A stretch of DNA of 63,897 nucleotides, the filler included, from Sandaracinaceae bacterium (GTDB lineage: Bacteria; Myxococcota_A; Polyangia; Polyangiales; JADJQN01): assembly GCA_947483975.1 (NCBI GenBank). It is 6 parts of 6 records of this genome, joined end to end, with 100 filler letters (N's around TTAATTAATTAA, not from the genome) between each part and the next. Parts side by side here need not be neighbours in the genome. Positions count along the whole stretch, not along the records: positions 56,257 to 63,897 come from CANKOL010000259.1; 5 more parts are not named here. The stretch is one strand, 5' to 3'. Positions 59,338 through 63,897 of the stretch are shown here, piece after piece (within the stretch, counting starts at the first letter, position 1; each line of letters starts with the position of its first letter). The position numbers and the translations under genes were made by a program. Below the pieces are notes generated by a model that did no database searches, was not told the origin of the DNA, and saw nothing but the letters and a program-made list of their open reading frames with translations.

Positions 59338-60915
59338 CTACTCGAGCGCGACGCTCAGCTCGTACCCGGCGCGGTTCCCATGGCCGCCGTCCCGCACGAA
59401 GAGCGTGTACCAGCCCGGCTGAACGACGCGGCCGATGTTCTCCGCGGGGGTCTCCCCGTGCGAGGCGACGATCAGCTCCGTGCGGATCGAGCGCAGCTCG
59501 AGGTCGAGGTCCGTGTGATCGACCGCGCGACCGCTGCCTTGCAGCCTCAGGTGCGCGACGAGGAAGCCCGCGCGCTCGACGTGCACCCTGTAGGCGTTGA
59601 CGGCGTCGAAGCCGTTCTCGGGACGCGCGGTGCCGCCGCTCGGCGCCGGATTCGAGAGCCCGTCGATGGTGCCCGTCGCGCGGCCGGGCAGCGCGAGCAG
59701 ATGCGGCCAGCGGGGCTCATCGACGTCGGGGACCATCGACGGCGGCTGCGTTCCCTGCGCGAGCATCTCCTTCAGCGGCAGCGCGCCGACGGCGTTCGTC
59801 CGCACGAGATAGCGCAAGAAGCCCGCGAGCTCGGGGATCGCGCCGGGCTCTTGGGCGAGCGTCATCATCGCGCGCAGCACGACCGCGGGCCCGAGGGCGA
59901 CGCCGTCAGCGTCGGCGTCGGGGATGCCCTCGACCCCGTCGGTCAGGTCCCAGAGCACCTCCGAGACGCCCATCTCCGAACCCGGGCCGACGGGACCGAC
60001 CAAGCCGCGCTCGAGATCGTGGTCGACGCGCAGCGAGCCCGTCGGCTCACGCCCGATCGTGTCCCGATACGCCGGATCACCGAGCACGCTCGTGGCGAAC
60101 CAAGTGGCGCGCCCCTCCTCCCAGGCGACGCCGGGGTCGACGAGCGTCCCCGAGGGATGCATCCCGCCGATCGACGAGTCGGAGGAGAGCCGGTCGAACA
60201 CGAAGTGCCCGAGCTCGTGCAGGATGATCGCCTCGTCGTGATCATCCGTGTCCGTGTCTCGGTACCGCCCTGGGTCCCCGCCCATCAGCTCGAGCGCGTA
60301 CCGCCCGGAGCCCGCGGGACGCTCCCCGTGATAGAAGCTCCACGCGCTCGTGCCCTCGCGCACCCAGTAGACGAAGAGCGGCGGGAGGTCGCGCCCGGTC
60401 CAACGCGCCGCGGCATCGAGCCCACGCAGCAGCGTGTCGAGGATGTGAAACGCGCCCCCGGAGCCGTTGCGATCCTCGTCGCGCGCCACCAGCTCGAGCG
60501 TGCGCGAGCTGAGCCCGGTGAGCGGCACGAGCACCTCGTGCAGCGTCCGCCCGAGCGAGTCGTTCGCCACCGACGCGTCGCTCGTCCCGACGTGCGCGTG
60601 CGCGACGATGGCGAGCACGGTCGCGGTTGGCGGCGCGGCGAGGCTGAACGCACCGTCAGCGCCGGTCGCCGTGCGGGCCACTTCCGCGCCCTGCGCATCG
60701 CGCGCGACGACGTCGACGAACCGCGCCGGACGCTGCTCGACGGCGATCGAGAGCCCATGCGGCGTCGCCATGCGCGCCTCGAAGCGCACCGCCCCGGACC
60801 AAGGCGGCGCCACCACAGCCGCGGTCACCGGAAGCGTCGTGCCGCGCTGCGTGCCTCCACCACAAGCCGCAAGCAGCAGGAAGAAACCGCACAGAACTGA
60901 CAGGATAGGCTTCAT
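59338..60915 (-). CDS. Zincin metallopeptidase lipoprotein with a C-terminal PPC-like domain
   Basis: Lipobox LAAC; HELGH and downstream AWEEG.A; DLDLEL..PGWYTL.V. Confidence 0.75.
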   Translation of the reverse strand: MKPILSVLCGFFLLLAACGGGTQRGTTLPVTAAVVAPPWSGAVRFEARMATPHGLSIAVEQRPARFVDVVARDAQGAEVARTATGADGAFSLAAPPTATVLAIVAHAHVGTSDASVANDSLGRTLHEVLVPLTGLSSRTLELVARDEDRNGSGGAFHILDTLLRGLDAAARWTGRDLPPLFVYWVREGTSAWSFYHGERPAGSGRYALELMGGDPGRYRDTDTDDHDEAIILHELGHFVFDRLSSDSSIGGMHPSGTLVDPGVAWEEGRATWFATSVLGDPAYRDTIGREPTGSLRVDHDLERGLVGPVGPGSEMGVSEVLWDLTDGVEGIPDADADGVALGPAVVLRAMMTLAQEPGAIPELAGFLRYLVRTNAVGALPLKEMLAQGTQPPSMVPDVDEPRWPHLLALPGRATGTIDGLSNPAPSGGTARPENGFDAVNAYRVHVERAGFLVAHLRLQGSGRAVDHTDLDLELRSIRTELIVASHGETPAENIGRVVQPGWYTLFVRDGGHGNRAGYELSVALE

Positions 60916-61566
60916 TCAGCGCTCACTCACGAAGGGGAGACGGGTCTGCGGCAGCGCGTCGACGATGCGCCCCACGAGGCGCTCGAGGTCGCGCGGGTCT
61001 TCGACGAAGTCGTGCTCCTCGCCGCGCACGAGCAGCTTGGGCCCCCGGTCGTACGCCTCGAACCACGCGTCGTAGCGTCGGCCGAGATCCTCGAGGTAGT
61101 CCCGCGGCATCTGCTGCTCGTAGTCGCGGCCGCGCTTCTGGATCTGCGCGAGGCAGCCGGCGGGGGAGCGCGACAAATAGACGAGCAGGTCCGGAGGCTC
61201 GAGCCCCGCGAGCAGCTGCCCGGAGACGAGCAGGTAGGTGTCCCAGTCGCGGTCGTCCATGTCGCCGCGCTCGTGCAGGTTGGCGGCGAAGATGTCCGCG
61301 TCCTCGTAGCAGGTGCGGTCCTGGACGGCGCTCAAGCCGAGGCGCTGCACCTCGCGGGTCTCGCCGACGCGCAGCGCCAGGAAGCGCAGCTGCAACGGCA
61401 GCGAGTACCGCGGCATATCGCGGTAGAAATCGGCGAGGTAGGGGTTCGCCTCCGTCGACTCGTAGAGCCCACGGACCTCGAGGCGGTGCGCGAGGCGGCG
61501 CGTGAGGGTCGTCTTGCCGGAGCCGATGCTGCCGGCGACCGCGAGGAAGGGGTGGTGCGCAGACAT
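60916..61566 (-). CDS. Deoxynucleoside kinase
   Basis: AVAGSIGSGKTTL, NPYLADFY, QDR..ED..IF, PDLLVYL, RGRDYE. Confidence 0.93.
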   Translation of the reverse strand: MSAHHPFLAVAGSIGSGKTTLTRRLAHRLEVRGLYESTEANPYLADFYRDMPRYSLPLQLRFLALRVGETREVQRLGLSAVQDRTCYEDADIFAANLHERGDMDDRDWDTYLLVSGQLLAGLEPPDLLVYLSRSPAGCLAQIQKRGRDYEQQMPRDYLEDLGRRYDAWFEAYDRGPKLLVRGEEHDFVEDPRDLERLVGRIVDALPQTRLPFVSER

Positions 61567-61706
61567 GGCTCCCCGACTGACTGCCACGGCGAGGCCCTTC
61601 CCCGCAACCGGCTTGGTGGGCTGTGATCATCCTTGAGGCGGACGACGGCCCCTGCTACGGTGTGCGTTGTCGTGTAGCTACTGGGCGCGAGGCGCCGAGG
61701 GCGGAC

Positions 61707-62594
61707 TTGGACTCGGATATCAAGACGCGGATTACTCCGCTCGAAGACGTCAAACCAGACAAGTCCGACAAGGGAGAGGACTGTCTCGTCGTGATTTACA
61801 CGTCGGACGCTCGCCAATTCGGCAAGCGCCACGTGCTCGCGAACGAGGGGTTCAGCCTCGGGCGCGGCGGCGAGAACACCTTCGTCCTCGAGAACGACTC
61901 CGTCTCCCGCCGGCACTGCCGCATCGAGCGGAAGAACCGCGCGTGGGTCGTGATGGACCTCGACTCGACGAACGGCACCTACGTCAACGACGAGCAGGTG
62001 AAGGAATATCAGCTCCGTCGGGGCGACCAGGTGAAGGTCGGCGACACGATCCTGAAGTTCCTGAGCGGCTCGGACGTCGAGGCGCAGTACCACGAGACCA
62101 TCTACAAGATGACCATCATCGATGGTCTCACCGGCGCCAACAACAAGCGCTTCTTGCTCGAGTCGCTCGAGCGCGAGATCCCGCGCGCGCGGCGCCACCA
62201 GCGCCCGCTGTCGCTCGGCATGTTCGACATCGACCACTTCAAGACGGTGAACGACAGCTTCGGGCACCTCGCCGGCGACTACGTCCTCAAGGAGCTGGCG
62301 ACGCTCGTGCGCACGCGCCTGCGCCCGGACGACGTCCTCGCCCGCTACGGTGGCGAGGAGTTCTGCATCGCCCTGCCCGAGACGCCCCGCGAGGGCGCGG
62401 TGGTCATCGCCGAGCAGATTCGGACGCTGATCGAGCGGCACCGCTTCGTCTTCGAGAGCGAGTCGATCCCCGTCACGGTGTCGATCGGCGTCGCCCAGCT
62501 GGAGGACCGCTGGGACGTGCTCGCGTTCCTCAAGTGCGCCGACGAGAAGCTCTACGAAGCCAAGCGCGGCGGGCGAAACAAGGTCTGCTTCTAG
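61707..62594 (+). CDS. FHA-GGDEF diguanylate cyclase
   Basis: Likely TTG start after GAGG; FHA motifs LGR, VSRRH, STNGT; DIDHFK.VND..GH.AGD, RPDD I-site, GGEEF. Confidence 0.93.
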   Translation: MDSDIKTRITPLEDVKPDKSDKGEDCLVVIYTSDARQFGKRHVLANEGFSLGRGGENTFVLENDSVSRRHCRIERKNRAWVVMDLDSTNGTYVNDEQVKEYQLRRGDQVKVGDTILKFLSGSDVEAQYHETIYKMTIIDGLTGANNKRFLLESLEREIPRARRHQRPLSLGMFDIDHFKTVNDSFGHLAGDYVLKELATLVRTRLRPDDVLARYGGEEFCIALPETPREGAVVIAEQIRTLIERHRFVFESESIPVTVSIGVAQLEDRWDVLAFLKCADEKLYEAKRGGRNKVCF

Positions 62595-62702
62595 GGACTG
62601 CGAGCCGCGGGGCGGGCGCGCTCCCGGCGTCCAGCAGGCGCGACAGCGGTCCGCGGTCTGCGATTCCACCGGACGGCGATTTGTTGCTAGGCTCCCGGCC
62701 CT

Positions 62703-63821
62703 ATGCACCGCGGCGTCGAGGACTTCATGCGGGTCGTGCGGTCGCAAGGTGAGGCGCTCGGCATCCGGCCGAACCCTCCCGCGACGGCCGCGGAGCTGTC
62801 CCACCTCGAGCATCAGATCGGCAGCCCGCTGCCGACGGACCTGCGCCTCGCGCTCAGCAAGTTCAACGGCGCGGCGCTGCCGACCGGCACGCTGCTCGGC
62901 GTCGGTCAGCCCCTCGGCGAGACGATGGAGGCGTCCCTGAAGGAGCTCGCCGAGCGCATGGAGCGCTCGTTCCTCGACCCCGATCTGCCGCTGCCGTTCC
63001 ACAAGAACGACGAGGGCGCGCTGCTCGCCTTCGACCGGAGCGCCGGCCCCGTCGCCGATACCTGGCCGATCATCGACTACTTCGTCGACACGGGCGAGGT
63101 TCGCCTCGTGCACCGGACCTTCGACGGCTGGTGCCGCACGATGGTCGCGGGCTGGACCTCGCCCGACTTCTTCGACGAATTCACGCTCGACAAGTACCTG
63201 CGCGCGGGCGAGCGGCACGCGGCGATCGAGTCCGACGTCGCGAGCGCGCACGCGACGGTGGCGCACGCGCTCAAGCGCGCCGGGCGCCCAGACGACGCGC
63301 TCGAGAGCTACCTGCGCGCGGCGCGCTGCGTCCCGCCGCTGCTTTGGTGCGACTGGGAAGCGCTCAAGGTCGCGGCGCTGCTCGGCGACCGCCCCGCGGC
63401 GTTCGAGGCTGCTGGGCGTCTAGCCGCGCGTGCGCCCGCGTACCGCTGGGCGCAGCGAGAGACGACGCCGGGGCGAGTGGCCGACGTCCTCGGGAAGATC
63501 GCGCGCGGCGACGCGGACCTGAGCCGCTGGACTCGCCTGCTCGACCAACTCGCAGGTCAGACGGTCGAGACGGACGACAAGGACCGCGTCGCGGCGGTGC
63601 GGCGCGCGCTCCTGCATCAAGAGCAACTGCCGCTGACGCAGCCCTCGCGCGCGAGCGTGATGCCCGCTGCGCCCGACCTCGCGCGCTGGTGGGCGACGGC
63701 GTATCAGGCCTACGTGGACGGGCAACTGCGCGACGAGGATCTGCTGCTCGACCCGACGTTCGAGCCACTCCGCGCGGCGTACGATTTCTCGCAGCTACTG
63801 CGAATTCGGCGCGAGTTCTGA
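62703..63821 (+). CDS. SMI1/KNR4-like domain fused to a TPR-like helical region
   Basis: NPPAT..EL..LE..IG..LP.DLR..L..FNG; helical repeat AHALKRAGRPDDALESYLRA. Confidence 0.75.
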   Translation: MHRGVEDFMRVVRSQGEALGIRPNPPATAAELSHLEHQIGSPLPTDLRLALSKFNGAALPTGTLLGVGQPLGETMEASLKELAERMERSFLDPDLPLPFHKNDEGALLAFDRSAGPVADTWPIIDYFVDTGEVRLVHRTFDGWCRTMVAGWTSPDFFDEFTLDKYLRAGERHAAIESDVASAHATVAHALKRAGRPDDALESYLRAARCVPPLLWCDWEALKVAALLGDRPAAFEAAGRLAARAPAYRWAQRETTPGRVADVLGKIARGDADLSRWTRLLDQLAGQTVETDDKDRVAAVRRALLHQEQLPLTQPSRASVMPAAPDLARWWATAYQAYVDGQLRDEDLLLDPTFEPLRAAYDFSQLLRIRREF

Positions 63822-63897
63822 GCCCGGCGGGGCGCTCGGCGCGGTCACCGGCGCGGCCGTCGGCGGCGCGATGGGCGCTGCGGCGGCGGGCGGCAGC

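Noticed and set aside
62200..62370. Hypr (cGAMP-forming) GGDEF
   Set aside because: The specificity position keeps Asp (GHLAGD) rather than Ser/Thr, consistent with c-di-GMP.

Overview
High-GC DNA, probably from a Myxococcota (Polyangia-like) MAG. The lineage is inferred from EGF/FG-GAP lipoproteins, a TSP3-OmpA protein, an RpoH-type sigma factor and deltaproteobacterial flagellar gene order. The window is not contiguous: five artificial 100-nt N/TTAATTAATTAA spacers join six contigs sorted by decreasing length (about 11.0-11.2 kb each), so adjacency across spacers means nothing. Contig 1: FGE-sulfatase lipoprotein, RNase P RNA, M2 (ACE-like) peptidase, EGF/FG-GAP lipoprotein, and a beta-barrel plus 13-heme cytochrome operon. 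Contig 2: periplasmic binding protein, hybrid kinase, large metzincin lipoprotein with a candidate sigma54 promoter, hisD, epimerase, a 23-bp tandem repeat, OmpA. Contig 3: membrane pyrophosphatase, GT2/GT-C glycosylation cluster, MNT-HEPN toxin-antitoxin. Contig 4: flagellar operon flhF-flhG-fliA-flgF-G-A-H-I-J-M-N-K-L, ending in an apparent single-ORF CsrA-FliW fusion, with a FlgJ that carries a non-canonical Cys/His hydrolase domain. Contig 5: variant RlmN, GNAT, two unknown envelope proteins, HerA-like ATPase, RpoH-type sigma, rsmI. Contig 6: SWIM protein, REC-GAF-HD-GYP, CPBP protease, zincin lipoprotein, deoxynucleoside kinase, FHA-GGDEF, SMI1/KNR4. The strongest novelty candidates are the CsrA-FliW fusion, the FlgJ variant and the porin-multiheme module. 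All calls come from reading motifs by eye; no database searches were run.
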